Assembly (NCBI GenBank): GCA_046598345.1
Contig: JBKJIT010000003.1
Location: 273,258 to 337,257 of the forward strand
Direction: 5' to 3'
DNA: 64,000 nt
Origin: Minisyncoccia bacterium
GTDB lineage: Bacteria; Patescibacteriota; Minisyncoccia; Phycocordibacterales; UBA918
Below, piece by piece: positions 1-9,519 of this stretch (its first letter is position 1; the number at the start of each line of letters is the position of its first letter). The position numbers and the translations under genes were made by a program. Under the pieces are notes generated by a model. It saw nothing but the letters and a program-made list of their open reading frames with translations, was not told where the DNA came from and ran no database searches.

Positions 1-1446
1 GTGGCGGAACGCGTGAGCGGTACCGACTCAACACGTGCGCGCCTTCTTCTCTCGCAAATATTTTCGCTCTTCCTCATCGGGTACAGTATCTTAGCCGTCC
101 TCATTGGTCTTTCCGCTCCGTACCTTGTCCCGGCCATTTTCCCTGGATTTCACGGTGAGAGCGAGACGCTCGTTACAATGATCAGGATACTTCTCCTTCA
201 ACCATTCCTTCTTGGAATCTCGAGTCTTTTTGGTGTTATAACGCAATTTAATCACCGATTTATTCTCTATGCGATTAGCCCACTCCTCTATAACATAGGA
301 ATTATTGTTGGTCTTGTCGTGTTTTATCCACTGTTTGGACTTATTGGCCTTGTCTTTGGAGTAGTCCTTGGAGCACTTGGACACCTCGTGGTGCAATTGC
401 CATTTATATATGAGAGTGAACTTTCACCCCGATTTCTCATACGGATTTCGTTAAAAGAAATGAGCGAGGTCCTACGAACCTCGCTTCCGCGCGCATTCAC
501 GCTTTCGTTACACCAGCTCGTACTTCTTACGCTCGTGAGCTTGGCAAGTATCATGACCGTAGGTTCTGTTTCGGTATTTCAACTCGCCTTTAATCTGCAA
601 TCAGTCCCGCTTGCGATTATTGGAGTGAGTTACTCGGTGGCTGCCTTTCCTCTTTTAGCGCAACTCTATGCGGAAGAAAAATATACTGAGTTTAGTACCT
701 ACCTCATGACAGCGCTAAGGCATATTATCTTCTGGGCTTTTCCCATCATCGCACTTCTTGTGGTGGTACGCGCGCAATTTGTGCGTGTCATTTTAGGAAC
801 GGGCGAGTTTGACTGGAGTGATACGAGACTCACCGCAGCCATTCTTGCACTCTTTGCACTCTCCCTCGCGGCGCAGGCAATTCACATGCTCATTGTGCGT
901 GCCCTCTACGCGAGAGGTGACACTAGGCTTCCGTTTCTTACCACGCTTTTTTCATCTATCCTGGCGCTCGTCTTTGCGTTTGTAGGGGTTATGCTGTTTC
1001 GTGCTTCGCCAGGGCTGGCGGACTTTATCGAAAGTATTATGCGTCTCGAAAATGTCCCTGGTACAGAAATCTTGATGCTTCCTTTAGGCTACTCACTCGC
1101 GATTATCATAAATAGTGGGCTCCTTCTCTTTTTTGCTCGGAAAAAACTATTTATTCGAATACCTGAACTTCTCCTCCATATGGGGCGTGCGACCATTGCA
1201 TCCGTAGGAGGTGGTGCAGTGGCGTATGGTACGCTCAATCTTGTGGCAACTGCACTCGAAACAGACACACTTCTGGGAATTCTCGCACAAGGAGCGGAGG
1301 CTTCGATTTTAGGTATGTTCGCGGCGTTATTGATCTACTATATGCTTGGTAGTCCAGAGCTTCGTGAAATCTATCGGTCGCTTCATAGTAAGGTATTTAA
1401 GACTCATGTTATTGGGCCGCAGGACGAGGATCAACTCTCGGTCTAG
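1..1446 (+). CDS. murJ: Lipid II flippase MurJ/MviN (5'-truncated by window edge)
   Basis: Highly hydrophobic multi-TM ORF with MurJ-like segments (PLLYNIGII; AFNLQSVPLAIIGVS; RALYARGDTRLP). It runs off the window start. Confidence 0.9.
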   Translation: MAERVSGTDSTRARLLLSQIFSLFLIGYSILAVLIGLSAPYLVPAIFPGFHGESETLVTMIRILLLQPFLLGISSLFGVITQFNHRFILYAISPLLYNIGIIVGLVVFYPLFGLIGLVFGVVLGALGHLVVQLPFIYESELSPRFLIRISLKEMSEVLRTSLPRAFTLSLHQLVLLTLVSLASIMTVGSVSVFQLAFNLQSVPLAIIGVSYSVAAFPLLAQLYAEEKYTEFSTYLMTALRHIIFWAFPIIALLVVVRAQFVRVILGTGEFDWSDTRLTAAILALFALSLAAQAIHMLIVRALYARGDTRLPFLTTLFSSILALVFAFVGVMLFRASPGLADFIESIMRLENVPGTEILMLPLGYSLAIIINSGLLLFFARKKLFIRIPELLLHMGRATIASVGGGAVAYGTLNLVATALETDTLLGILAQGAEASILGMFAALLIYYMLGSPELREIYRSLHSKVFKTHVIGPQDEDQLSV

Positions 1447-1447
1447 A

Positions 1448-1570
1448 GCGATAGCCACAAACATTCTCATCTACTGCGTTGTCTGCACAAAGAGAACGCT
1501 CATCGTATGTCTATATACGCCTCGCACTCTTTGTTTGACGCCTTGTAGCTAAGACGTTTTTGGCAATCGC
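1448..1570 (+). repeat. Family-B long imperfect palindrome (copy 1), directly after murJ stop
   Basis: ATCTACTGCGTTG...CTCATCGTATGTCTATATACGCCTCG...CGCCTTGTAGCT, closed by GCGATAGCCA/TGGCAATCGC. Motifs are shared with copies at 7071, 25167, 28192 and 39074. Confidence 0.8.
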
Positions 1571-1666
1571 GCGCATCTCTAGCCTACAATACACTCGACC
1601 CTCAGTTTTGAGAAAATGGTGCAGTTTAGAAGGCAGCTCTTTTTGTGCTAGAGTAGGGCGACGAAT

Positions 1667-3451
1667 ATGACACAGATCCGGAACTTTTCAATTATCGCCC
1701 ATATTGACCATGGAAAGTCGACGCTTGCGGATCGCATGCTCGAAATCACCCATACCGTGGAAGCCCGCAAGATGAAGGAGCAGGTGCTTGATTCTATGGA
1801 TCTTGAGCGCGAGCGCGGAATTACGATCAAGATGCAGCCCGTTCGAATGTCCCATACATTCAATGGTGTGACCTATGAACTCAATCTTATTGATACGCCC
1901 GGGCACATCGATTTCTCCTATGAAGTTTCTCGGGCGCTTAAGGCTGTTGAGGGCGTGCTTCTCCTTGTGGATTCGACGCAGGGTGTGCAGGCACAAACAC
2001 TTTCAGTTCTCAGTATGGCTCGTGAGCAGGGACTTGCCATCATTCCAGTCCTTACGAAAATAGATGTCCCGCACTCACGAAGAGAGGAAGTTCTTGAAGA
2101 AGTGGTCGCGCTTCTTAAGTGCGATCCCAAAGATGTGCAGTTTGTGTCTGGAAAAACAGGGGAGGGAGTGGCTGCGCTTCTCGATCTTATCTGTGAGCGC
2201 ATTCCAGCTCCAAGGCCCCCCGAATCAGATGTTTATCGTGGGCTCGTCTTTGATTTTAAATACTCGAATCACCGGGGAATTATTGTGTACATGCGCGTCT
2301 TTGACGGCGTGGTTACTAAAGGTGACAAACTAACATTCATGGCTGCAGAACGAAGCTTTGAAGCACTTGAAGTCGGTATTCTTGCTCCAGAGGAAGAACC
2401 TATTGGTTCAATTAATGCCGGTGAAATTGGCTACATCGTGACTGGTATCAAGGAACCAGGCGTTGTGGCTGTAGGTGACACCCTCACGTTCGAGCGTGCG
2501 CGCGCTGAACCCCTCGCTGGATATCGCTCAGTTCCTCCCGTCGTGTGGGCTTCAGTATTTCCTGAGGCACAGGATGATTTCACGATGCTTAAACAGGCAC
2601 TCGATCGCCTCAAGCTCTCAGACTCCTCACTTTCGTATGAAGAAGAGTCATCCGGCGTATTGGGAAGAGGGTTTCGGTGCGGGTTCCTCGGGATGCTCCA
2701 CCTCGAAATCATTACCGAGCGCCTTCGACGGGAATTTGATATTCAAATCATCATTACTGCTCCGTCGATTGTGTATGAAATTACCCATGAGAACGGAAAG
2801 GTAGAAGAAGTGTACGCCGCGTCGCGTTTTCCTGATCACGGAGCAAAAGTAACGGTACGTGAGCCATGGGTATTGGCGCAGGTAATCCTACCTCCCGAAT
2901 ATTTAGGAAATGTGATGTCACTTCTCTACGACCATGAGGCGAGTGTACTTGAAACGGAAGTCTTTGGAGACGGCAGGAATTTGCTCACCGTTGAGATGCC
3001 GCTTCGTGAACTCATGCGTAATTTCTTCGATAAACTTAAGAATGCGTCGAGCGGGTATGCTTCGCTCTCCTATGAGATTGCCGAGCTCCGTTCTGCTGAA
3101 GTGGCTCGTCTAGACGTGCTTGTTGCTGAAGAATTGGTACCTGCCTTTTCTCGCGTAGTGGGACTACGCCGTGCCGAAACCGATGCAAAGGCTGTGGTTG
3201 AGAAGCTCTACACCACGCTTCCTCGTCAGATGTTCGTAACAAAAATCCAGGCTAAGGCAATGGGGCGCATTATTTCTTCACGGACGCTTTCTGCAATGAA
3301 AAAAGATGTAACAGGGTACCTCTATGGTGGAGATATCACGCGCAAGATGAAACTGAGAGAAAAGCAGAAACGAGGTAAGAAAAAGCTCCTTGCGCATGGA
3401 AAAGTAAATATCCCACAGGACGTCTTTATGAAAATGGTTAAATCTGATTAA
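1667..3451 (+). CDS. lepA: Elongation factor 4 (LepA)
   Basis: IRNFSIIAHIDHGKSTLADR, ERERGITIK, DTPGH, GFRCGFLGMLH, YGGDITRKMKL; 594 aa. Confidence 0.98.
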   Translation: MTQIRNFSIIAHIDHGKSTLADRMLEITHTVEARKMKEQVLDSMDLERERGITIKMQPVRMSHTFNGVTYELNLIDTPGHIDFSYEVSRALKAVEGVLLLVDSTQGVQAQTLSVLSMAREQGLAIIPVLTKIDVPHSRREEVLEEVVALLKCDPKDVQFVSGKTGEGVAALLDLICERIPAPRPPESDVYRGLVFDFKYSNHRGIIVYMRVFDGVVTKGDKLTFMAAERSFEALEVGILAPEEEPIGSINAGEIGYIVTGIKEPGVVAVGDTLTFERARAEPLAGYRSVPPVVWASVFPEAQDDFTMLKQALDRLKLSDSSLSYEEESSGVLGRGFRCGFLGMLHLEIITERLRREFDIQIIITAPSIVYEITHENGKVEEVYAASRFPDHGAKVTVREPWVLAQVILPPEYLGNVMSLLYDHEASVLETEVFGDGRNLLTVEMPLRELMRNFFDKLKNASSGYASLSYEIAELRSAEVARLDVLVAEELVPAFSRVVGLRRAETDAKAVVEKLYTTLPRQMFVTKIQAKAMGRIISSRTLSAMKKDVTGYLYGGDITRKMKLREKQKRGKKKLLAHGKVNIPQDVFMKMVKSD

Positions 3452-3650
3452 ATGTCAGATTTAAGACTTTGCCAGGTATTTCAAGCGAAGCATTGAAATA
3501 CCGTCAAAGTGGACTGGCCGCTGTATGCTGAAAAGCGATTAGATATCGCTTTGCATGAGGTTGTCGACAGTTTCGACTAAAAGGAGAAAATGTCATACAA
3601 CCTGAACAGCCTCTGTAGGAGGGAAATCAGATTAGTAATCCTGGCAAAGT
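3452..3650 (+). mobile_element. Gene-end-duplicating structured insert at lepA 3' end (module C)
   Basis: Antisense TCAGATTTAA (3455-3464) matches the lepA end. Then AGGTTGTC...CAACC-TGAAC-AG-CCTC-TGTAG-GAGG-G, then AAA TCA GAT TAG (KSD*, 3624-3635) repeating the last lepA codons. Mobility is inferred. Confidence 0.6.
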
Positions 3651-3809
3651 ATGTTGCCTTTAAATGGGCTTTAAACAGCACCAGTACCTCCTGAGAATGC
3701 AAAGATCATACTAATTGCGATCAGTACTGCGAGCACGCCCCAGATCCATTTAATGGCCGTCTTTGTCTTCTTGTGAAACAAAAAACTCATGATGGTACAA
3801 TACTACCAC

Positions 3810-4223
3810 ATGTTTGATTTTCAGGAAAAACGCAGGATTCGGCAGATTGTGTACTCCAGATTCTTCATAGGTGCCATATTTCTCATCGGTATTCTTATTG
3901 CAAATAGTGCGTATAATCGCTATACCGTTGAGCGGGAGATGGCGGTAAAGCGTGATAGTAAGCTACAAGAGCTTGAGGAACTCAGGGTCCGTGCTGCAGC
4001 CCTTGAGTCAAACATAGAGCACCTCGAAAATGACCGAGGGATTGAGGAAGAGCTGCGAAGCCGTTTTGATGTAGTCAAAGAAGGCGAACAGGTCGTCGTT
4101 ATTCTCGAAGATCCTGAAGCGGAAAAGCTTCAGGCTAAATCCCCGCCTTCCTCCCTCTCTCCTCAGCACAAGAAGTCATTCTGGAGTTCCTTCAAGGGAA
4201 TGTTTGCAGGTAGCGATGAGTAA
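3810..4223 (+). CDS. Septum formation initiator (FtsB/DivIC-like)
   Basis: N-terminal TM, coiled coil, GIEEELRSRFDVVKEGEQVVVI motif. Start chosen at the ATG 8 nt after TACAAT. Confidence 0.8.
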   Translation: MFDFQEKRRIRQIVYSRFFIGAIFLIGILIANSAYNRYTVEREMAVKRDSKLQELEELRVRAAALESNIEHLENDRGIEEELRSRFDVVKEGEQVVVILEDPEAEKLQAKSPPSSLSPQHKKSFWSSFKGMFAGSDE

Positions 4224-4298
4224 GGGGTGCTCGTAGTGAGCACTCATAGGTATGTGATATACTATTCCCACTTTACGAATTAAACGTTTGGAATTCTT

Positions 4299-4538
4299 AT
4301 GGAAAATACACAGGTAACTATATACAGCACACCTTCTTGTCACTTTTGTCATGCAGCAAAAGATTTTTTTACTGAAAACGGAGTCACCTTTACCGACCAT
4401 AATGTTGCGGAGGATTTTGAAAAGCGCCAGGAAATGATCGACATGACGGGCCAGATGGGAGTCCCGGTCATTCGGATCAAGGATGATGTTGTTGTAGGTT
4501 TCGATGAGAACAAAATCAAGGAACTGCTTGCAATATAA
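4299..4538 (+). CDS. Glutaredoxin/NrdH-like redoxin
   Basis: YSTPSCHFC (CxxC), TGQMGVPVI, VGFD; 79 aa. Confidence 0.92.
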   Translation: MENTQVTIYSTPSCHFCHAAKDFFTENGVTFTDHNVAEDFEKRQEMIDMTGQMGVPVIRIKDDVVVGFDENKIKELLAI

Positions 4539-4604
4539 GCAATTTAAAAATACCCTATCTTTTAAGCAAAAGTGGGGTATTTTTGTGCTACTGTAGCTGG
4601 CATC

Positions 4605-4676
4605 GCCCTCATAGTTCAATGGATAGAACGATTCCGTCCTAAGGAAAAAATCCTGGTTCGATTCCGGGTGAGGGCA
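4605..4676 (+). tRNA. tRNA-Arg(CCT)
   Basis: Acceptor GCCCTCA/TGAGGGC; anticodon arm TTCC-GT CCT AA-GGAA; T-loop GGTTCGATTCC. Confidence 0.93.
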
Positions 4677-4718
4677 CAAATTACGAGAAATAAAGTCATA
4701 GTCTGTTATACTTTTCCC

Positions 4719-4994
4719 ATGCCTCCACAGAACGAAGAACATAATGAAATGTTACGGCTCCTTCGGGAGAACGTTGAATTAAATAAGCAAAACCACCAAC
4801 TGCTCCGAAAATTGTATAGGCACGATATGATTGGGTTTACTGTAAAGATCCTTTGGTTTGCAATTATTATTGGACTCCCGCTCGCTGCGTATCACTATTT
4901 CCTGGCCCCATATTTTTCTGCTATAGGCTCCGATGTTGAAACTTTTCAGGGAATGAGGTGGATTGAAGATCTTTTCAAGACATTTGCCGGGTAG
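4719..4994 (+). CDS. Small membrane protein (hypothetical)
   Basis: Coiled N-terminus plus one TM. ATG is 6 nt after TATACT; the longer ORF-track start overlaps tRNA-Arg. Confidence 0.7.
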   Translation: MPPQNEEHNEMLRLLRENVELNKQNHQLLRKLYRHDMIGFTVKILWFAIIIGLPLAAYHYFLAPYFSAIGSDVETFQGMRWIEDLFKTFAG

Positions 4995-5046
4995 AGGTAA
5001 TGCGGTGAGGCAAAATATATGGTAGCATCGATGCTGTCCACTTTTC

Positions 5047-5119
5047 GCTGAGGTAGCTCAGTTGGTAGAGCATTTGCCTGAAGAGCAAGGGGTCGGCGGT
5101 TCGAGCCCGCCCCTCAGCA
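5047..5119 (+). tRNA. tRNA-Phe(GAA)
   Basis: Acceptor GCTGAGG/CCTCAGC; anticodon loop CT GAA GA; GGTTCGAGCCC. Confidence 0.95.
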
Positions 5120-5126
5120 CAGTCTA

Positions 5127-5154
5127 GAGAAAACGCCCTTAAGGGCGTTTTCTC
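5127..5154 (+). terminator. Terminator-like hairpin after tRNA-Phe
   Basis: GAGAAAACGCCC-TTAA-GGGCGTTTTCTC perfect palindrome. Confidence 0.65.
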
Positions 5155-5159
5155 GTTTA

Positions 5160-5470
5160 AGACTGTGCAGAGGGGCGGGCTCGAAAGACTTGCGATGTGA
5201 GCTTCTTTCAAAATGAAGCGAAGCAGCAAGTCCGGGGAGGAAGTGCTTAGTAAAATTAGAGCGAAGCGACATAATTATGCTTAGCAACTTGACCCCGAGC
5301 CCAAGCTCGAAAGGCGCAGCCATGTTTTGCTATTTCTAATGCAAAACAGGCGAGCCAGGGCAGGAGGTTCTTAGCGAATGTAATGAGCTTAGAAACCTGC
5401 GCCGAGCCTTGCTCGAAGAACAAGCGATGTGAGTCTCTATCAAAATGAGACGAACCAGCAAGTCCGCGCA
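5160..5470 (+). repeat. tRNA-Phe-associated antisense arm plus three tandem module-A structured units
   Basis: 5160-5185 is the reverse complement of 5100-5125 (25/26). Units start with GCTCGAA at about 5179, 5305 and 5411. Unit 1 shares CCGGGGAGGAAGTGCTTA and TTAGCAACTTGACCCC with the ftsZ insert. Confidence 0.8.
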
Positions 5471-5536
5471 AAAAGTGTCTATTCCGAGCAAAAGGTTTAT
5501 GGTATTATCCAAAATAGATCACTACTGGAGAACATT

Positions 5537-5821
5537 ATGGAATATGGAGCTCTAAATTCTGTGGTAGTCGTTGAAGTGGCCGCACTCGTCGTTATGGTAC
5601 TCGCTAATGCAGTGAGGAAACAACGAATCTATCTGAAGAAGATGGTGGAAGGAAAAGTGCCATATCGACTTCCGTGGGCCCTGCGAATGAACGGATGGTA
5701 CATGGGTTCACCCCCTAACGGGAAATGGCAAAGGGGACTAATCTGGGACAGGCGTGTAAAACGCTACGTTGGAATAACGCGACTGTCCAGCGTAGGACTA
5801 CAAAGGATCTTTCCCAAATGA
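5537..5821 (+). CDS. Hypothetical small membrane protein
   Basis: GGAG SD before ATG 5537; N-terminal hydrophobic stretch. Confidence 0.6.
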   Translation: MEYGALNSVVVVEVAALVVMVLANAVRKQRIYLKKMVEGKVPYRLPWALRMNGWYMGSPPNGKWQRGLIWDRRVKRYVGITRLSSVGLQRIFPK

Positions 5822-5828
5822 GGTATTC

Positions 5829-5855
5829 AAAAAGCTGTCTTGACGACAGCTTTTT
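5829..5855. terminator. Bidirectional intrinsic terminator
   Basis: AAAAAGCTGTC-TTGAC-GACAGCTTTTT between convergent genes. Confidence 0.7.
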
Positions 5856-5872
5856 ATCATAGAGGCGCTTGT

Positions 5873-6373
5873 TTATTTCATGTGATGACTCCTTACTGTA
5901 AGCTTTGCGCTGCGCTCCTTATCGAGTTTTGGAAGGACAATTTCAAGAAGTCCATGCTTTTCCTTAGCCTCTGCTTCGTCAATAATAATTTCCTCAGGAA
6001 GGAGGATTGTTCGTGAAAATGACCCCCAGAAAAGCTCACGATGGTAATAGTCCTCGTCAGGTGCCTCCTGGATCTCTTCTCGGCGGCCTTTCAGTGTGAC
6101 CATGTCACGTGTAATCGCAATTTCTAAATCTTCAGGGTTAACACCCGCTACAAGCGCACGAATTACAATTGAGTCGCCTGTTTGGTACATATCGATAGGG
6201 AGTTCGCCATCTTGCTCACCCTCATCATTTTTCCAATTCCCGTGTTCCTCATCGCTTCCATGAATTTCAGGCTCACCCGCCTGTTCAAAGGTTTCCTCTT
6301 GTTCAAAACCATCGTCCTTGGTTGTTTTTACCGATCCAGTGAGTCGTTCGAGAAATGAAGGTTTTTTAATCAT
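5873..6373 (-). CDS. Hsp20/alpha-crystallin small heat-shock protein
   Basis: LPIDMYQT...VAGVNPEDLEI...RELFWGSFSRTILLP...HGLLEIVLPK. Confidence 0.92.
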   Translation of the reverse strand: MIKKPSFLERLTGSVKTTKDDGFEQEETFEQAGEPEIHGSDEEHGNWKNDEGEQDGELPIDMYQTGDSIVIRALVAGVNPEDLEIAITRDMVTLKGRREEIQEAPDEDYYHRELFWGSFSRTILLPEEIIIDEAEAKEKHGLLEIVLPKLDKERSAKLTVRSHHMK

Positions 6374-7071
6374 GATATGTTGCGATGATTTTTTTCAATA
6401 ATCTTTAGCTTTTCAAATACAAGAAAGAGGACGATGATGCCCATCCATACGAACATGAATACGCCGAGAATCGTTTCTCCGCTTGAGTCCATTATAAAAA
6501 AGTTAAACAGGGCATGCAATACGATGGCAACTAACAAGCCAACGGTCGCCCAGAAGATTTTAATTACGTCACGCTTATAAAATGCGAACGCCATAAAGAC
6601 ACCCACCGTACCTGAAGCAAGAATATGGAGTAGGCTCGCACCGAGGAATCTGAAATTCCCGGTAACAAATGAACTCATGTACTCACCTTGGGTGAGAGGA
6701 GTAAATATAAAGAGTGCATTTTCGAGTGCTGAAAACCCGAGCGCAATAGTTATCATGTAGATGATTGTATCGATAGGCTCATCGACGGCCTTGTTCCACA
6801 GGACAACAATGAGCGCTGCGGAGTATTTAATTATTTCCTCGATCATTACCCAGACAAGGATAAGGTTGTCTCCCGCAAAGCGGTCCATCGCGTATTTCTG
6901 AAGAGGGAGGACGATAGGAACGACGAGCATACCTGCTATGAAGGCAGATGCAATAAGCGCTTTTGGCTCAGGACGCGCCTTGTCTTCCCGGAGCCAAAAC
7001 CATAACCAAAAAAGCGCAGGTACGAGCCCTGCTAGGAATGCGATGACGAAGTAGGTAGATTCCATACTCAA
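6370..7071 (-). CDS. PrsW-family intramembrane metalloprotease
   Basis: PEP, EEIIK, GFSALEN, LHIL and LHALFN motifs; multi-TM. Confidence 0.9.
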   Translation of the reverse strand: MSMESTYFVIAFLAGLVPALFWLWFWLREDKARPEPKALIASAFIAGMLVVPIVLPLQKYAMDRFAGDNLILVWVMIEEIIKYSAALIVVLWNKAVDEPIDTIIYMITIALGFSALENALFIFTPLTQGEYMSSFVTGNFRFLGASLLHILASGTVGVFMAFAFYKRDVIKIFWATVGLLVAIVLHALFNFFIMDSSGETILGVFMFVWMGIIVLFLVFEKLKIIEKNHRNIS

Positions 7072-7190
7072 TAATTCATTTCAGAATCAATCTACTTCGT
7101 TGACTTCGTCATTCAAACTTTCACCGTACGTAGGTACGTTTCAAGTTTTCTTTCCTTGTCGCCTCGTATCTTAATCCTTAACTGAATTAT
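7071..7190 (+). repeat. Family-B palindrome (copy 2) between valS end and prsW start
   Basis: ATCTACTTCGTTG...TTTCACCGTACGTAGGTACGTTTC...CGCCTCGTATCT, closed by ATAATTCA/TGAATTAT. Confidence 0.75.
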
Positions 7191-7227
7191 AATATTGTAC
7201 CACTCAAAGAAGTACGATTTTTGCGAG

Positions 7228-9438
7228 TTACACAGTCGGCCAGTTCGCAACCATGAGGATGTCTCGTTCATTGCCGCGCATGTGATCGGGTAGATTTTGC
7301 CATACTGCCTCGGTCACAAAGGGCATAAATGGGTGAAGCAGTTTGAGTGAGGCGATAAGGCAGGTCACTAATGTGTACTGGCGTATTTTCCGAGCCTCAC
7401 TATCGCTTCCTGCGAGAATTTCTTTAGAGGCTTCAAGGATTTTATCTGCAAGTTCATGCCACACATAGTGGTATGCTTTTTCGCTTGCTAGGTCGTAACG
7501 GCTTTTTTCCATGTATCCGTCAATCTCAGAAAAAGCATTTTTAAGATTATTAAGGATCTCCGTGTCTGATTCGGGCAAATTTTGTTGTGGTGTCGCATGT
7601 ACAGGATAATCTGTCGTTGCATCAATGACAAAGCGGGAAATGTTCCAAATTTTATTTGCAAACTTTTTGTATGCATTTACCTTATCAGGGTCGAGATTCA
7701 TATCGGTTCCAGGTGCATTGTTTACTATAAGTCCCATCCGAAGTGCATCAGTGCCATATTTTTCTTGAATCTCACTTGGTGCAATCACATTACCTTTTGA
7801 CTTGCTCATCTTCTTTCCGTGTTTGTCTCGCACCATTCCATGAAGGTATACTTTTTTAAATGGAACTTCTCCCGTGCGGTATATCCCTAACATGACCATA
7901 CGCGCAACCCAGAAAAAAATAATATCTTTCCCCGTTTCCATAACTGAGGTGGGGTAAAAGTTTTTATAATCCGCTCCATCGGGGAAATCAGCCACTGCAA
8001 GTGGCCATTGTCCGCTACTGAACCATGTGTCAAAGGTATCTGGATCTTGCACAACTAATCCGTTGCATTTAGCACACGCTGTCACTGTGTTTTCAATATC
8101 AACCATCCCGTGTCCACAAGAAGTACAAACTTTTGCTGGGATAGGGATTCCCCACACAATTTGTCGTGATATGTTCCAGTCCTCAATTTTCAGCATCCAA
8201 TCACGAAAAACACGTTCGTCTCGCTCAGTTGCAAATGTCACTTCTTTGGTGTCGCACGCAGTAAGTGCCTTTTCGGCAAGTGGCTTTGTTTTCACAAACC
8301 ATTGTTCGCGAATTTGAGGTTCGATTTCCCGTTCACATTTATAGCAACACGGAACTGCATGGGTATATTTTTCATCAATACGTACAAGAAGTCCTTTTTC
8401 TCTAAGTTTTTCAACAATCTTTTCTCGAGCGTCTTTAATATTCATTCCCTCAAATTCTCCAGCAATCGGTAGTAATTTCCCGCGCCAATCAATAATCTGT
8501 TCATAATCCAACTGATGGCGTTTTGCAATATCAAAGTCGATGCCAGAATGCCATGGAGTGATAGTCATAACTCCAGAGCCCATCTCTGGGTCGCCGGCCG
8601 CATCTTTAATAACTGTTGCAACAATGGGTCCGTTGATCCATTCGAGTTCAATTTTTTGACCATGTGTATAGGATGCGTACCGGGCATCGTCAGGGTGCAT
8701 AACTACATACTTGTCACCAAATTTCGTTTCAGGACGTGCGGTACCGATTACAAATGGTCCATATTGAAAATAATAAAATTTGTCTACTCGTTCGATATGC
8801 TCTGTCTCCAGATTTGAGAGGGAAGTCTGGTGCTTCGAACACCAATTGACGATACGCGCGCCTCTGTAGAGAAGTCCGTCATCTTCAAGTTTCTTGAATG
8901 TGTCATACACAATATGAATAACACGCGGATCGAGCGTAAACAGGGCGCGACTCCAATCACATGAAGCACCAAGTTCACGTATCTGGTTTTCCATGAATGA
9001 TCTACTTCCAAGTGTAAACTGAAGTATCTCTTCATACAGTTCCTTTGGGTCCATGTTAAATCTCGAACGGCCTTCTTTTTCGAGCTTCTTTTCGTACACA
9101 GTCTGTGTTTCAAATCCTGCGTGATCAGCTCCAGGAAACCATACGGTTTTTTTGCCCTTCATCCGATTGTACCGAATCATGATGTCTTGGATGGTCACGA
9201 AAAGTGCATGTCCTGCATGGAGACTACCGTTGGCGTTTGGAGGAGGCATCACAATTGAAAATGTGTCTGCATCAGCCTTCGTGATGCCTTTCTCAACACA
9301 AACATCAGGATTAAAAAATCCCGATTTTTCCCACATCTCATAAAGCTTTGCTTCGTGTTCTAGGGCCGAGTATGGCTTAAGAAAAATCTCTGGAAGGTGG
9401 CCGGGATTGCCTTGTTTTTCGTCAGATTTTTCATTCAT
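7228..9438 (-). CDS. valS: Valyl-tRNA synthetase (short, no C-terminal coiled coil)
   Basis: PPPNANGSLHAGH (HIGH), DWNISRQIVWG, DTWFSS, KMSKS. Confidence 0.96.
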   Translation of the reverse strand: MNEKSDEKQGNPGHLPEIFLKPYSALEHEAKLYEMWEKSGFFNPDVCVEKGITKADADTFSIVMPPPNANGSLHAGHALFVTIQDIMIRYNRMKGKKTVWFPGADHAGFETQTVYEKKLEKEGRSRFNMDPKELYEEILQFTLGSRSFMENQIRELGASCDWSRALFTLDPRVIHIVYDTFKKLEDDGLLYRGARIVNWCSKHQTSLSNLETEHIERVDKFYYFQYGPFVIGTARPETKFGDKYVVMHPDDARYASYTHGQKIELEWINGPIVATVIKDAAGDPEMGSGVMTITPWHSGIDFDIAKRHQLDYEQIIDWRGKLLPIAGEFEGMNIKDAREKIVEKLREKGLLVRIDEKYTHAVPCCYKCEREIEPQIREQWFVKTKPLAEKALTACDTKEVTFATERDERVFRDWMLKIEDWNISRQIVWGIPIPAKVCTSCGHGMVDIENTVTACAKCNGLVVQDPDTFDTWFSSGQWPLAVADFPDGADYKNFYPTSVMETGKDIIFFWVARMVMLGIYRTGEVPFKKVYLHGMVRDKHGKKMSKSKGNVIAPSEIQEKYGTDALRMGLIVNNAPGTDMNLDPDKVNAYKKFANKIWNISRFVIDATTDYPVHATPQQNLPESDTEILNNLKNAFSEIDGYMEKSRYDLASEKAYHYVWHELADKILEASKEILAGSDSEARKIRQYTLVTCLIASLKLLHPFMPFVTEAVWQNLPDHMRGNERDILMVANWPTV

Positions 9439-9519
9439 AGTATATGGATACTATCATGAAATTAATGTAGTTCGTAAGGCCATTTAAATGAAAAGGCGGC
9501 CAGATTTGGCCGCCTTGGA

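Noticed and set aside
5176-5470. Tandem units after tRNA-Phe as a CRISPR array
   Set aside because: The units are about 105-125 nt, internally structured and divergent. There is no constant 25-45 nt repeat with unique spacers.
4176-5471. Minus-strand ORFs 4176-4742, 4975-5229, 5114-5323 and 5256-5471
   Set aside because: They overlap the glutaredoxin gene, tRNA-Arg, tRNA-Phe and the structured repeats, so they are shadow ORFs.
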